Origin: Desulfobacterales bacterium
GTDB taxonomy: Bacteria > Desulfobacterota > Desulfobacteria > Desulfobacterales > UBA5852
Assembly: GCA_963674755.2 (NCBI GenBank)
Contig: CAXXVS010000003.1
Location: 736,001-800,000 of the forward strand
Length of the DNA stretch: 64,000 bases
Reading direction: 5' to 3'
Positions 37,643 to 47,380 of this stretch are shown one piece after another. Every line of letters begins with the position of its first letter. The stretch's first letter is position 1. The notes beneath the pieces were generated by a model. It had not been told where the DNA came from, did no database searches, and saw nothing but the letters and a program-made list of their open reading frames with translations. Made by a program: the position numbers and the translations under genes.

Positions 37643-38542
37643 TTAGCGGCGGCTACCGGACCCGCCACCCATGCCGCGACCGCCACCCATGCCGCGACCA
37701 CCACCCATGCCGCGACCGCCACCCATGCCGCGACCACCACCCATGCCACGACCGCTACACCTGCCGCCACCCATTCCGAAATGGCTTTCAACATTGGGGG
37801 CATCGGACGGATTGAGGGCGCCGGCCTTGAATTGGGCGACGGCCTCGCGGACCGGCCCCTGCACACCGGTGATCACTTTGAGTCCCGCCGCCCCGAACAC
37901 CTGAAAAGCATTGGGGCCACAGGTCCCGGTCAAAACGGCGCCTACTCCCTTAGAGGCCATCATCTGGGCCGATTGAATGCCGGCGCCTCCGCCCAGCGCC
38001 CGGTTGGGATTCTCGATGGCTTCCAATGCCATCGTATCCGTATCCACGATCAAGAAGTAGGGGCACCGACCAAAACGCGTCTCCACCATGTCGTCCAGGG
38101 TCGGACCGGTCGATGTTATTGCGATTTTCATGGAATTTGCCTCCTGTGTTGAATGCGGTTTCGTTGCAATGATGTTTTGAAGAATCCGATGGCCGCAACT
38201 GCGGTCTACCATACACCCCGGCATCCGGTAGCGGGGGGCCAAATGTCTTCCCCGCAGATAGGCCGCCAGCACGTCCTCGACCGCCCCGGCGGCAAAGGGG
38301 ATGATAAGGATCTGGCAGGCCTCGATGGGGCTGGCAAACATGCGGGAGATTCCCCCGCATATCAGGGTGTCGATCCCCAGCTCTTCCAGTCGGGCCGCCC
38401 GGGAGAAAACAGACGCGCAATCGAACGGCGCCATCCGGCGGTCGGTCACCCGGTTGCCCTCGATATCCGCAATCAGCAGCATGCGGGTGGCATCGAAAAG
38501 GGGCGAAATATGCCCTTCCCAAACGGTTAATGCCACTTTCAT
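37643..38542 (-). CDS. NifB/NifX-family (orange protein-like) protein; two domains in one frame, with a second start at 38131
   Basis: MKVALTVWEGHISPLFD...LICGGI, then MKIAITSTG...RFGRCPYF...GGAGIQSAQ with its own GGAGG RBS; Gly-rich tail. Confidence 0.82.
   Translation of the reverse strand: MKVALTVWEGHISPLFDATRMLLIADIEGNRVTDRRMAPFDCASVFSRAARLEELGIDTLICGGISRMFASPIEACQILIIPFAAGAVEDVLAAYLRGRHLAPRYRMPGCMVDRSCGHRILQNIIATKPHSTQEANSMKIAITSTGPTLDDMVETRFGRCPYFLIVDTDTMALEAIENPNRALGGGAGIQSAQMMASKGVGAVLTGTCGPNAFQVFGAAGLKVITGVQGPVREAVAQFKAGALNPSDAPNVESHFGMGGGRCSGRGMGGGRGMGGGRGMGGGRGMGGGRGMGGGSGSRR
37662..37751 (-). repeat. Five tandem 18-bp repeats encoding GRGMGG
   Basis: ccRccacccatgccRcga x5 inside the NifX-like gene. 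Confidence 0.9.
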
Positions 38543-38574
38543 CGAATCTGACCTCCCGGTTTGCTCAAAAGTAT

Positions 38575-38590
38575 TGCAAATCGGATGCCG
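38575..38590 (-). promoter_or_regulatory. Sigma54 (-24/-12) promoter of the orp-like operon
   Basis: Minus strand CGGCATCCGATTTGCA = GG-N10-GC, about 33 bp upstream of ATG 38542. Confidence 0.75.
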
Positions 38591-38686
38591 AGATATGTCT
38601 CAAATTGAAAAAAGATTTTTATGCAATAATATCAGATGAATCGACTCAACGCGTCTTGAGGGGAGAGGGTGGAGGTAGGATCGATC

Positions 38687-38733
38687 GGCGCAATATCGCG
38701 ACCATGGCCTGCATACCGTCGCGATATTGCAAC
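38687..38733. promoter_or_regulatory. Candidate upstream activating sequences for the sigma54 activator
   Basis: Perfect 13-bp inverted repeat gcaatatcgcgac-N15-gtcgcgatattgc, each half itself quasi-palindromic, 100-140 bp upstream of the promoter. Confidence 0.55.
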
Positions 38734-38734
38734 A

Positions 38735-40114
38735 TCAAGCGGAATGTTGGGGTGCCGCACGTCCGTTGATCGTCGGCACTTTTATACGTAATCGTTTGAT
38801 TTTTCGATATAATGTGCTTTTATGCAACCCCAGTTCGCGGGCCGTGGCCTGCCTGTTGTAATGGTTGCGTTTGAGCGCCTCCATGATGACATGGGCTTCG
38901 GCGGATTTCAGGGTCGCCGCCACTACGATCGGCATGGCGGCGCCGGACGCCTGGAGGTTTTCGGGCAGACAGTGAACGCCGATCCGCCCTTCGGGACACA
39001 GGACCAGGGCGTGCTCGATAATGTTTTCAAGCTCTCGGATATTTCCCGGAAAATCATGGAACATGAGCAGCGAGAGGGCCTCCGGGCTGATCTCCGTGCA
39101 GTCTCGGCCGCGCAGCCGTTGCAGCCGGCCGATGAAGTGCTCTACCAGCATGGGAATGTCCTCCTTGCGCTGCCGCAACGGCGGCAGATCAAGGCCGACC
39201 ACATTGATGCGGTAAAACAAATCCTGCCGGAAAACGCCTTCCCCCACCAGATTGGCCAGGTTACGGTTGGTTGCCGCCAGCACCCTCACGTCGATCCGGA
39301 CAGAGCGGGTGTCGCCGAGAGGCTGGACCATCCGTTCCTGGAGCACCCGCAGGAGCCGCACCTGGAAGGCCGGGCTGAGATCCCCGATTTCATCCAGCAG
39401 AATCGTACCGCCCTCGGCTACAGCGAACAATCCGGGTTTGTCACGGGTCGCATGGGTGAACGCCCCGGCCTTGTAGCCGAACAGCTCCGACTCCAGCAGG
39501 GTATCCGGCAAAGCCCCGCAATTGATGGCCACAAAGGGCCGGCCTTTGCGGGGACTCAGATTGTGGATCGCCCGGGCCAGCAACTCCTTGCCGGTGCCGG
39601 TTTCGCCCTGGATCAAGACCGTGCTGTCGCTCTCCGCCACCTGGGGCAAGATTTTGAACACCTTGTGCATGGCCGGACTGCGGCTCACCATGTCCCCTAC
39701 CTGGTAGCGGCTCTCCAATTCCTTGCGCAGTTCTTCAAGCAGGCTCATATCGCGAAAGGTTTCCACCCCGCCGAGCACCGTGCCATCGTCATCTTTGAGC
39801 AGGGCGGTCGATACCACCACCGGGATGCGGCGCTGGGCACTGTCGACGATGTAAGTCGCTGTATCGACGAAGGCCTTGCCCTGGGCCATGGTGCGCCGCA
39901 AGGCGCAGTCGGTCTCGCACATGTTGGAGCGAAAAACCTCCCAGCAATGCTTGCCAAGCGCCTCTTCCCGGGGAATGCCGGTAATTTCTTCAGCCGCCCG
40001 GTTGAAGGAGGTAATGCGCCATTCATGGTCCACGGTAAACACGCCGTCGGAAACACTTTCCAGAATGATCTCGGTGACATGCGGAGGAATCCGGTAGGTT
40101 TTGTCTTTGCCCAT
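38735..40114 (-). CDS. orpR: Sigma54-dependent activator, PAS-AAA+-Fis HTH (OrpR-like)
   Basis: GETGTGKE, ESELFG..GAFTHA, LLDEIGD; PAS contains C-x8-C-x3-C (CWEVFRSNMCETDC); adjacent to orp-like genes. Confidence 0.82.
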   Translation of the reverse strand: MGKDKTYRIPPHVTEIILESVSDGVFTVDHEWRITSFNRAAEEITGIPREEALGKHCWEVFRSNMCETDCALRRTMAQGKAFVDTATYIVDSAQRRIPVVVSTALLKDDDGTVLGGVETFRDMSLLEELRKELESRYQVGDMVSRSPAMHKVFKILPQVAESDSTVLIQGETGTGKELLARAIHNLSPRKGRPFVAINCGALPDTLLESELFGYKAGAFTHATRDKPGLFAVAEGGTILLDEIGDLSPAFQVRLLRVLQERMVQPLGDTRSVRIDVRVLAATNRNLANLVGEGVFRQDLFYRINVVGLDLPPLRQRKEDIPMLVEHFIGRLQRLRGRDCTEISPEALSLLMFHDFPGNIRELENIIEHALVLCPEGRIGVHCLPENLQASGAAMPIVVAATLKSAEAHVIMEALKRNHYNRQATARELGLHKSTLYRKIKRLRIKVPTINGRAAPQHSA

Positions 40115-40643
40115 TGATCTGGTCCGATACCCCACCCTTAAGTATAGGGCGATATGGAAAAACCGGGAAATTGCTTTAAGATACCCCGTAAAACGCATAT
40201 GTAAAGCACGTGTTGGGTCAAGTCTCAACGGTCTGTTGCCCAAATAGCCTTTTCCCTATTGTATGTCAGTCACAGCGCGGCTAGATTTTCTTCACTTCTA
40301 ACCATAAAGGGGAAGTGATCGCTAGGGCCTTTCGTGGGACATTCTGACTAAGGGAGAAATGGTGGGCGGTCATTCATAAATAAGTTGCCACTCAATGTAT
40401 ACACACCTCCTATTTCTATATTTACACATTCCTCACGCTCTGATATCCAGCGAACATGCATCGGCAAATGCGCGTCTGCCTCCGATGCGGTCCACCAGAT
40501 CATCGTCATCCGGAAAGACGTTAAACTGCCCCTCCTCTGACTGATTTCCTCCGCTTCTTTCTCGACAGCAGACCAAAAATCTTGCCTTGCTTTTAACAGG
40601 ACAAGGACACCTCCTCCGGCAAAAAGCAGAAAAAGGAAAAGCA

Positions 40644-41060
40644 ATGACAATCCTTTTAAGTGAAGAATTACCCCGTAAGAACGAATACTTCTCTCTTTTC
40701 GAAACGACGGGCTGGAACCAGAACTATCAGGCCAGTCCCGAAGAGCTCGAGACCGCCAATCGGAACAGCTGGCTTACGATTTCCGTCTTCGATGACGAAA
40801 AGCTGGTTGGCTTTGGCCGGGTCGTGACGGATTTTACCTTGCATGCCATGATCTTTGATTTGATTGTCTTGCCGGATTATCGGGGCCGGGGCATCGGTGC
40901 AACGGTGTTACAGGCCCTGGTAAAGAAATGCCGGGAGCAAGGCATCCGAGACATTCAGCTCTTTTGTGCCAAGGACCAGAAAGGCTTCTACGAAAAGAAC
41001 GGTTTCGAGGCCAGGCCGGGTGACGCGCCGGGGATGCAACTCAGGAAATCAAAACCTTAG
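40644..41060 (+). CDS. GNAT-family N-acetyltransferase
   Basis: LVGFGRV, VLPDYRGRGIG, FYEKNGF. Confidence 0.88.
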   Translation: MTILLSEELPRKNEYFSLFETTGWNQNYQASPEELETANRNSWLTISVFDDEKLVGFGRVVTDFTLHAMIFDLIVLPDYRGRGIGATVLQALVKKCREQGIRDIQLFCAKDQKGFYEKNGFEARPGDAPGMQLRKSKP

Positions 41061-41168
41061 AAGCTATCTCAAAAAAGTTTTTTCGCCCGATCCGCCAGAG
41101 GCGGGCAAGTATCAGCGTTGAATCCTCGTCGCAAGTCCTCGGCATACTGGCGTATGCCTGCGGGTTGC
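41058..41168 (+). repeat. 5' half of a family B palindromic element
   Basis: tagaagctatctcaaaa...atcagcgttg...gtcctcggcatac..gtatgcctgcgg matches the 16576 copy; the 3' arm is missing here. Confidence 0.65.
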
Positions 41169-41471
41169 ACCCACCGTATGAAAGTATTGAGCCTTCAACA
41201 TAAAGCATGTGGGAATGTCAGATGTTGAGACCTGACCCCAGAGAAGTCTGCGAGACGGCGTAAGGGCCGATCACCGCTTCGGGCTTGAAGAAGTGAACTC
41301 CCCGCTTGGCCGGTATTGGAAAATTATGCATTAAGGCGTGCCTGAAAGGCCCTTGCACAAATAAGTTTTTTTAAAGAGAGCGTGCTCCTCCCTTCCCCTG
41401 TCCGGGCATGGCCATCGCTATACAATTGGCGATAGTCTAAAGAGCTACCATGTTTTTGCAGTGGCAACCTG

Positions 41472-42017
41472 CTATTTCAGCGACAAGGAAGCTTTTATTA
41501 TCGGTTCTGTCGGCGTCTGAAAGCTATTGTCGGCTGAAGGACGAACCCGTTCAGAGTTTACGATATGGACGGCTCGGTTATGAATACGCTCCGGAACCTC
41601 AGGCGCTTCCTGGCTTAAATGATCCCATCTTTCTTTGAATGTCTTCATCAGGTTGGGCAGGTCATCGGCGTGATGGGAGAGAAACGCCTGGACATGTTCA
41701 ACATCACGGCGCAGCTTGCCATAGCGCGCCGCCGTGGCCCGGTTCCTCTCGGCCAGTTCAGAGAAACTGAGAAAGGTCTGGAGGCTTGCCAGCACGGCCG
41801 CCGCAACACTGAGCAGGCCCACCAGGATCTGTATGGGCGGATCTACGGCGGCCTTCACGGTCGAGAAGGCCGTTGTCCCCACTACTGTGGATAGAACCAC
41901 AACCGGGATGCCGTAAATGCGGTTCTAGCGGCTAAAATGCGTCGCGGCCATTTTGTGCTTGATGTGGCAGATACGAATACCCCGGTGCCATTGCGCCAGA
42001 ATTTTTTCAGGAGACAT
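41472..42017 (-). pseudogene. SLATT-family 2TM effector gene with an in-frame TAG
   Basis: MSPEKILAQWHRGIRICHIKHKMAATHFSR*NRIYGIPVVVLSTVVGT...LASLQTFLSFSELAERNR..AARYGKLRRDVE; TAG at 41927-41925. Confidence 0.75.
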
Positions 42018-42217
42018 AGCAAACCCCCCGTGCAAAAAGATCCCTTTGTCGGGATGGTTGAAAGCGGCAGGAATGGCTCGAATGAGTTGGACAGCAGCAG
42101 CGAGGGAATCGATCGGGCTGGAATCGAATGGAGCAGCGCATTGTTTTGGCAGTCGTGAGAGCGCTGAAGTCGGCGAACCTTGTAAAGGTTCTTATCCGTT
42201 TCCAAGAATATAGTCAA

Positions 42218-42994
42218 TCATTTCTTCTCCAGGGTCACTTTGCGGCGGGTAAGCACGATGGTGCCGGCACCGGTTCCCTGTTCGACGACGGTTTTGGTCA
42301 GCTCTTCATGCTCGATCCACATCCCCTGTCCGATATCGAATACCGCCTCGCTCTTACCCCCGGCTTTCATATCCATGCCGGAGCCTTCCATCTTCATGCG
42401 CTGCTTGATGGAAAAGGTCGCCAAGCCGTCGCTGATATCTTCCAGCGTATAGGTTAACTTGATCGCACTTTTCATGCCGCCCATGCCCATCATGCCGGGC
42501 ATTTCGTAGCGGATGACGGCATCGAATTCATCGCCAGGTTCCAGCGCTTCTTCGGGAAACTCGGGGAAGAAAAAGATGGCCGGCTTCATGGCCGGACCGA
42601 GCATCTGGGCCATTTGGGGATTGCCGCCGGTGGCTTTATAGCCTTTGAGGGTGCCCAGTTGATGGACGTCGGCGGAAAACTGCATGCCGGCGAAGGAATT
42701 CATCTCATTGACCTGACCGTCGTTATCCCAATTTTTCTGGGATACGATCTGGCTGGCGATGCGAACCCATCCCTTGCCCAGGTCGCGGGCTACCTTGTAC
42801 ACCGTCAGCCGCTTGGCTCTCTGCACCATTTGAGTCCCCATCGCCTCGGTGGTGGTCTCGGACCTTTCGCTCATCTTCCAGGTATCCCCCTCCTGGAATC
42901 GATAGACAAAGCGCTGTCCGGCCAGGGCCGGGCCGGACAGCAGGAGGGTCACGAGCAGGGCCGCCGGGATCAGACTGGTTCGCGTTCGCATCAC
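42218..42994 (-). CDS. Secreted hypothetical protein, beta-rich
   Basis: Signal peptide ending ALA; FPEEALEPGDEF; 4-bp overlap with the upstream peptidase stop. Confidence 0.78.
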   Translation of the reverse strand: MMRTRTSLIPAALLVTLLLSGPALAGQRFVYRFQEGDTWKMSERSETTTEAMGTQMVQRAKRLTVYKVARDLGKGWVRIASQIVSQKNWDNDGQVNEMNSFAGMQFSADVHQLGTLKGYKATGGNPQMAQMLGPAMKPAIFFFPEFPEEALEPGDEFDAVIRYEMPGMMGMGGMKSAIKLTYTLEDISDGLATFSIKQRMKMEGSGMDMKAGGKSEAVFDIGQGMWIEHEELTKTVVEQGTGAGTIVLTRRKVTLEKK

Positions 42995-44433
42995 AATTCC
43001 GCCTTTCTTTTCAGAGATTTGATTTTGCGCTGGATTTTTTTGCGATCCGCGGCGGAAGGGGCGGCCTTAAGATAGCCCTGATAGGCGGCCACGGCGTCGT
43101 CATAGCGCTCCCAGTCTTCGTATAACGCGCCAAGCGCCTTCCAGGGCGCGGCATAGCGGCGGTCCTTCTGGGCGGCTTCACGATAGAGGCTTTCGGCCTC
43201 CTTTTTTTGCCCCTCGGTGGCGGCGAAGGCGAAATCGCCCAGCGCGCATTTGGCCAGGCCGTATAGAACCGGGGCTTCGCGAAACCCCTTGCGGTAGAGG
43301 TTGCGATAATCGGTCTCGGCCTGCTGATACATCTCGTCTTCCATCAAGCGCTCCGCCCGGGGCAGGAGGATTTTCCGGATGAAGGCCTGGTAATCTTTAA
43401 CGCCCTGATCCCCGTGGCCGCCGTTCAGCGATTCGCGCACTTCCGTGAGGTTCACATAGCCATCCACCAGCGCCGGCCGGGACGGCGGCGTATCCGCAAT
43501 CGTGCGGGTCAGCCCGCTCTGCCCCAGGGAGGTACGCATCTGCTGCTGGAACAGGCGCATCATGGCCTGCATCTGCCTGAGCTGCTCGGCCATATCGCCC
43601 AGGCCCTGCTCTTCGGCACGGTTCAAGCTGTTGGTCAGATTCAGGACATTTTGCCAGGCCGCCGACGCCTGGCGGGGGTCGTAGCCGGCCCTTGCCAGGA
43701 GCACCATGCCCTGGATATCGGCGGCCACTTCGAAACGCTGGCGGGGATCGATGCGGTCGCCCTGGGCATCTTCTTCCGGAATGGCGGCGATGGCCTCTTT
43801 CATCCCGTAGTAGGTACCTTGCGCGGCGCCGATCGTGGCCTGGGATTTCATTGCGGACAGATAGGTATCTTCCCCCTTCATCACGCGGTCGGCTTGTTTG
43901 GCGGATTCAACATCGGCCACATAGTCCACGGCCGAATCCAGCATGGCTCCGAAAATCGCTCCGGCTGTGGCCATATAGCGCTGCTGCCGCTCGGCCGCCT
44001 TGATTTCCTGATAGAGCAGGAGATAATGGCCGTTCATGATGTGCGCCATTTCATGGGCCAGAAGGGCGGCCAGCTGCGCTTCATTGTCCGCCGAGAGCAC
44101 GGCGGCGGTGGTGATGACGAGGTTCCCGTCGGTATAAGAATAGACCTGGGGTGTCGGTGCGTCGATAATGGTTATGCGCGGGACGACGCCGGCCGGCGGT
44201 TGGTCGCTGCCCTGCAGCTTTTTCACGACCTGTTGCAGGTATGACAGATAGGCCTGGTCCGTGACGATGGGCCGCGCGCGCATCTCTTCGGCATACGACT
44301 GCGCGGCCTGGGCGATCAAGGCCCGGCCATCGTCATTGACCTCGATGGGGGCCGCCTGCCCCCCGACCGTCCAAAGCAATAACAAAACGCTGATTGTCCC
44401 GATAAGGTACGCTCTGCTGCATGGCTCGTTCAT
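42991..44433 (-). CDS. M48-family metallopeptidase with C-terminal TPR repeats
   Basis: EAQLAALLAHEMAH, E.AAD..G..L.ARAGYDP, TPR-like C-terminus; signal peptide after ATG 44433. Confidence 0.85.
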   Translation of the reverse strand: MNEPCSRAYLIGTISVLLLLWTVGGQAAPIEVNDDGRALIAQAAQSYAEEMRARPIVTDQAYLSYLQQVVKKLQGSDQPPAGVVPRITIIDAPTPQVYSYTDGNLVITTAAVLSADNEAQLAALLAHEMAHIMNGHYLLLYQEIKAAERQQRYMATAGAIFGAMLDSAVDYVADVESAKQADRVMKGEDTYLSAMKSQATIGAAQGTYYGMKEAIAAIPEEDAQGDRIDPRQRFEVAADIQGMVLLARAGYDPRQASAAWQNVLNLTNSLNRAEEQGLGDMAEQLRQMQAMMRLFQQQMRTSLGQSGLTRTIADTPPSRPALVDGYVNLTEVRESLNGGHGDQGVKDYQAFIRKILLPRAERLMEDEMYQQAETDYRNLYRKGFREAPVLYGLAKCALGDFAFAATEGQKKEAESLYREAAQKDRRYAAPWKALGALYEDWERYDDAVAAYQGYLKAAPSAADRKKIQRKIKSLKRKAEL

Positions 44434-44780
44434 TCGGCCCCCTCTGAGAATAGGTGCGATTTTCTTCCGTTGTGAGCCCGTTCTATTTTCTATAACGGAA
44501 ATCAGGTCATGTTTCAATCGGAGGGAGATCGCGACGAATTCAAAAACTTGAGCCGAAAGCACTCGCACTACTTCCGCCCGGCCTGTTTGGAGAGATAGGA
44601 ATTCGCCTTCCCAGAGGCCGGTTATGACCTTCCTGGCAGATAGCGGATCCAAGCCCAGGCTGCCGCCGGGACCCAAAGGTGCAACCACAAAATCGCCGGC
44701 ATCGGTTGAACAACGGACCAAAGTATCATAGACTTGTCCGTAAACGACCACCCATCCTACCCGGGACACTGCTTTACGCC

Positions 44781-45752
44781 ATGCCACCATTCCGCCGCGA
44801 GATCTTAAATCTCCTCGAACAGGGTGTTATCCCGGCCGACAAGACCGATGAGGCTTTGGCGGTCGCCGGCATCACCCCCGATGCCAAAGCCTGGAAAACC
44901 TTCATCGATCATCTCCTGCTCTGGCTGGGCGCTCTGGCCCTGGCTTTCGCGGCCATGTTCTTTATCGCCTACAACTGGGGCGAGATCGGCCGCATGGGCA
45001 AGTTCGGCCTGGTGGAAGGGCTGATCCTCCTGGCGGTCGCGGCCTACTGGAAACTGGGCGACCATGCCATGGGGGGTAAGGTTGCGCTCTTTGCGGCGAC
45101 GATCCTGCTGGGCGTTTTGCTGGCCTTATTCGGGCAGACCTACCAGACCGGCGCCGATCCCTGGCAGTTGTTTTTCACCTGGGCCCTGCTGATGCTGCCC
45201 TGGGCCATCGTGGGGCGTTTCCCGGCCATCTGGCTGGTATGGATCGCCCTTATCAACCTTTCCATCATCCTCTACCATCAGGCTTTGCGGGGCGTGTTCG
45301 GGCTGATGTTCGGCTCGGACAACGGCATGCTTTGGCTGACCTTTGCCGTCAACGCGTTCGCTTTGCTTGCCTGGGAAGTCCTGTCCAAACCATGGCCCTG
45401 GCTGGCCGAACGCTGGGCCGTGCGCCTGCTGGCCGTGGGCAGCGGCGTGCCGCTGACCTGGCTGGTGATCTTTGGCATTGTCGATAGGGAGCACGGCCTG
45501 GTGCTGGCCGGAGCGGCCTGGGGCCTATGGCTGGCGGTGATGGTCTTCGTCTACCGACGGAAGCGCCCCGACCTTTTCATGCTGGCCGGCTGCTGCCTGT
45601 CCGGTATCGTCGTGGTGGTCACCTTTCTCGGGCGGCATATGCTCGAAACGGGCGGGGCCGGCAGTCTTCTGATGCTCGCCCTGGTCATCATCGGCCTGGG
45701 GGCAGGGTCGGCCGTCTGGCTCAGAAATGTCCATCGGGAGTGGCAATCATGA
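44781..45752 (+). CDS. DUF2157 membrane protein
   Basis: FFIAYNW, LALFGQTYQTGADPWQLF..W. Confidence 0.85.
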   Translation: MPPFRREILNLLEQGVIPADKTDEALAVAGITPDAKAWKTFIDHLLLWLGALALAFAAMFFIAYNWGEIGRMGKFGLVEGLILLAVAAYWKLGDHAMGGKVALFAATILLGVLLALFGQTYQTGADPWQLFFTWALLMLPWAIVGRFPAIWLVWIALINLSIILYHQALRGVFGLMFGSDNGMLWLTFAVNAFALLAWEVLSKPWPWLAERWAVRLLAVGSGVPLTWLVIFGIVDREHGLVLAGAAWGLWLAVMVFVYRRKRPDLFMLAGCCLSGIVVVVTFLGRHMLETGGAGSLLMLALVIIGLGAGSAVWLRNVHREWQS

Positions 45753-46819
45753 GTCGGTCGGGAGAACCGCTCTGGGAGACGCTGCTTGCGGCCGGCCTGG
45801 TTCAGGGCGAGGCGCCGGCAACGGACACGATGGAATCCCCCTGGTATGTGAAGGCCCTCCTGGCCTTTTCGGGCTGGCTGGCGGCGATGTTCCTGCTGGG
45901 CTTCGTTGGCGTGGGATTTCGATTCATCATGGATAGCGGGCTCGCTTCCCTGATCGCCGGCGGCGCGATGATGGGGGGTGCCTATGCCATCTTGCGCATC
46001 CCCAAAAATGAGTTCGTGGAACACCTGGCCCTGGCCATGAGCATCGCGGGCCAGGCCCTGGCCATATATGCCTTTTTCGAAATCCTTGATACCCATGGCG
46101 CGCTGTTGTGGGCCTTGGTGACGCTCCTGCAGATCCTGCTGGCGGTCATCATGCCCAACGATGTGCATCGGGTCTGGTCGTCCTATGCCGCCGCCGTCAC
46201 GTTGGCATTGACGCTGGCGTCCATGCGGGTGCCTTACCTGGCGCACGGGCTCGTCATGCTGCTCGCGGCCTGGATATGGCTCAACGAGTTCCGCTACCGC
46301 CGCTATATGCGACATATGCGGGCCATCGGGTATGGCCTGGTCATCGCCTTGATCCAGTTGACCGGCACGACCTTGTTTCATCGAGAGAACTTGGGCGGTC
46401 TAATCGAATACAGCCCCGGCGCAGCGTTGCTCCCCGCCTGGCTCGGTGAGCTGGCGACCGGTGCCGTGCTGCTCTACGTCGTCTGGAAGCTGCTGCCGCG
46501 GCTGGGCCTGCGCCCGAAGGAACCCCTCGCCCTGACCGCCCTGCTCAGCACCCTGTTGTTTGGCGGGGTATCGCTGGAGGCCCATGGCATTGCCGCCGGC
46601 CTGACGATTATCCTGCTGGGGTTTGCCGGGGGCAATCGCGTTCTCCTGGGACTGGGCATGGCCGCCCTGCTTTTCTTTATTTCGTCCTACTACTATCTGC
46701 TCGAAAAGACGCTGCTGTATAAATCCGGGACATTGCTTCTGGTGGGCGTTGTTCTGTTGGCCGCGCGCGGGTTAATGATGCGGGTCGCCTCCCGGCCGAG
46801 GGGAGCCGTCAATGGCTAA
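45749..46819 (+). CDS. DUF4401 membrane protein
   Basis: SPWYV..L..FSGWLAA.F, YYYLL..TLL.KS; ATGA overlap with the upstream gene. Confidence 0.83.
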   Translation: MSRSGEPLWETLLAAGLVQGEAPATDTMESPWYVKALLAFSGWLAAMFLLGFVGVGFRFIMDSGLASLIAGGAMMGGAYAILRIPKNEFVEHLALAMSIAGQALAIYAFFEILDTHGALLWALVTLLQILLAVIMPNDVHRVWSSYAAAVTLALTLASMRVPYLAHGLVMLLAAWIWLNEFRYRRYMRHMRAIGYGLVIALIQLTGTTLFHRENLGGLIEYSPGAALLPAWLGELATGAVLLYVVWKLLPRLGLRPKEPLALTALLSTLLFGGVSLEAHGIAAGLTIILLGFAGGNRVLLGLGMAALLFFISSYYYLLEKTLLYKSGTLLLVGVVLLAARGLMMRVASRPRGAVNG

Positions 46820-47339
46820 AAAAATCGTTCTGCTGGCCACGGTCTTCATCCTGGGCATCGTCAACTGGTCGATCATCGGCAAGGAAACCCACCTGGCCCA
46901 AGGCCGCATCGTTTACCTCGAACTGGCCCCGGTGGATCCGCGCTCCCTGATGCAGGGCGACTACATGGCCCTGCGCTTTAAGATCGCCAATGCAGTCCAC
47001 CAGGCCCTCCCCAAGGCAGACGAACACCGGGGCTGGCGCCGGGCCGTGGATGCATCCGACGGCTATGTGGTGGTGGCCCTGGACGCCCGGCGGGTCGGCG
47101 CTTTCAAAGGCCTGGATGACAACACGCCCCTGGCGGAAGATGAATTGCGTCTGCGCTTCCGGGTGCGCAACGGCGAGGTCAAATTCGCCACGAATGCCTT
47201 CTTCTTCCAGGAAGGCCACGCCCATGACTACGCGCCGGCCAGGTATGGTCAGTTCCGGGTTGACGACAAGGGTGAATTATTGCTGGTCGCCATGTACGAT
47301 AAAGACCTGAATCGGCTGGGACCGGCGGCAACGCCTTGA
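46812..47339 (+). CDS. GDYXXLXY domain protein
   Basis: LELAPVDPRSLMQGDYMALRF, AFFFQEG. Confidence 0.88.
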   Translation: MAKKIVLLATVFILGIVNWSIIGKETHLAQGRIVYLELAPVDPRSLMQGDYMALRFKIANAVHQALPKADEHRGWRRAVDASDGYVVVALDARRVGAFKGLDDNTPLAEDELRLRFRVRNGEVKFATNAFFFQEGHAHDYAPARYGQFRVDDKGELLLVAMYDKDLNRLGPAATP

Positions 47340-47380
47340 AGAGCTACACGCCTTGCCACCGCCAAGGCCGGACGCGGCAC

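Noticed and set aside
37662..37751. 18-bp tandem repeat as a contingency locus or CRISPR
   Set aside because: In-frame coding repeat for a Gly-rich tail common in NifX-like proteins; no spacers
40348..40650. 100-aa minus-strand ORF
   Set aside because: No motif, weak start, and it overlaps the GNAT start; cannot be supported
41925..41927. Pyrrolysine recoding of the SLATT amber codon
   Set aside because: No pyl genes in the window and the protein is not a methylamine methyltransferase; a nonsense mutation is simpler
44434..44790. N-terminal extension of the M48 ORF to 599 aa
   Set aside because: The RBS and signal peptide indicate a start at 44433; the extension overlaps the divergent promoter region
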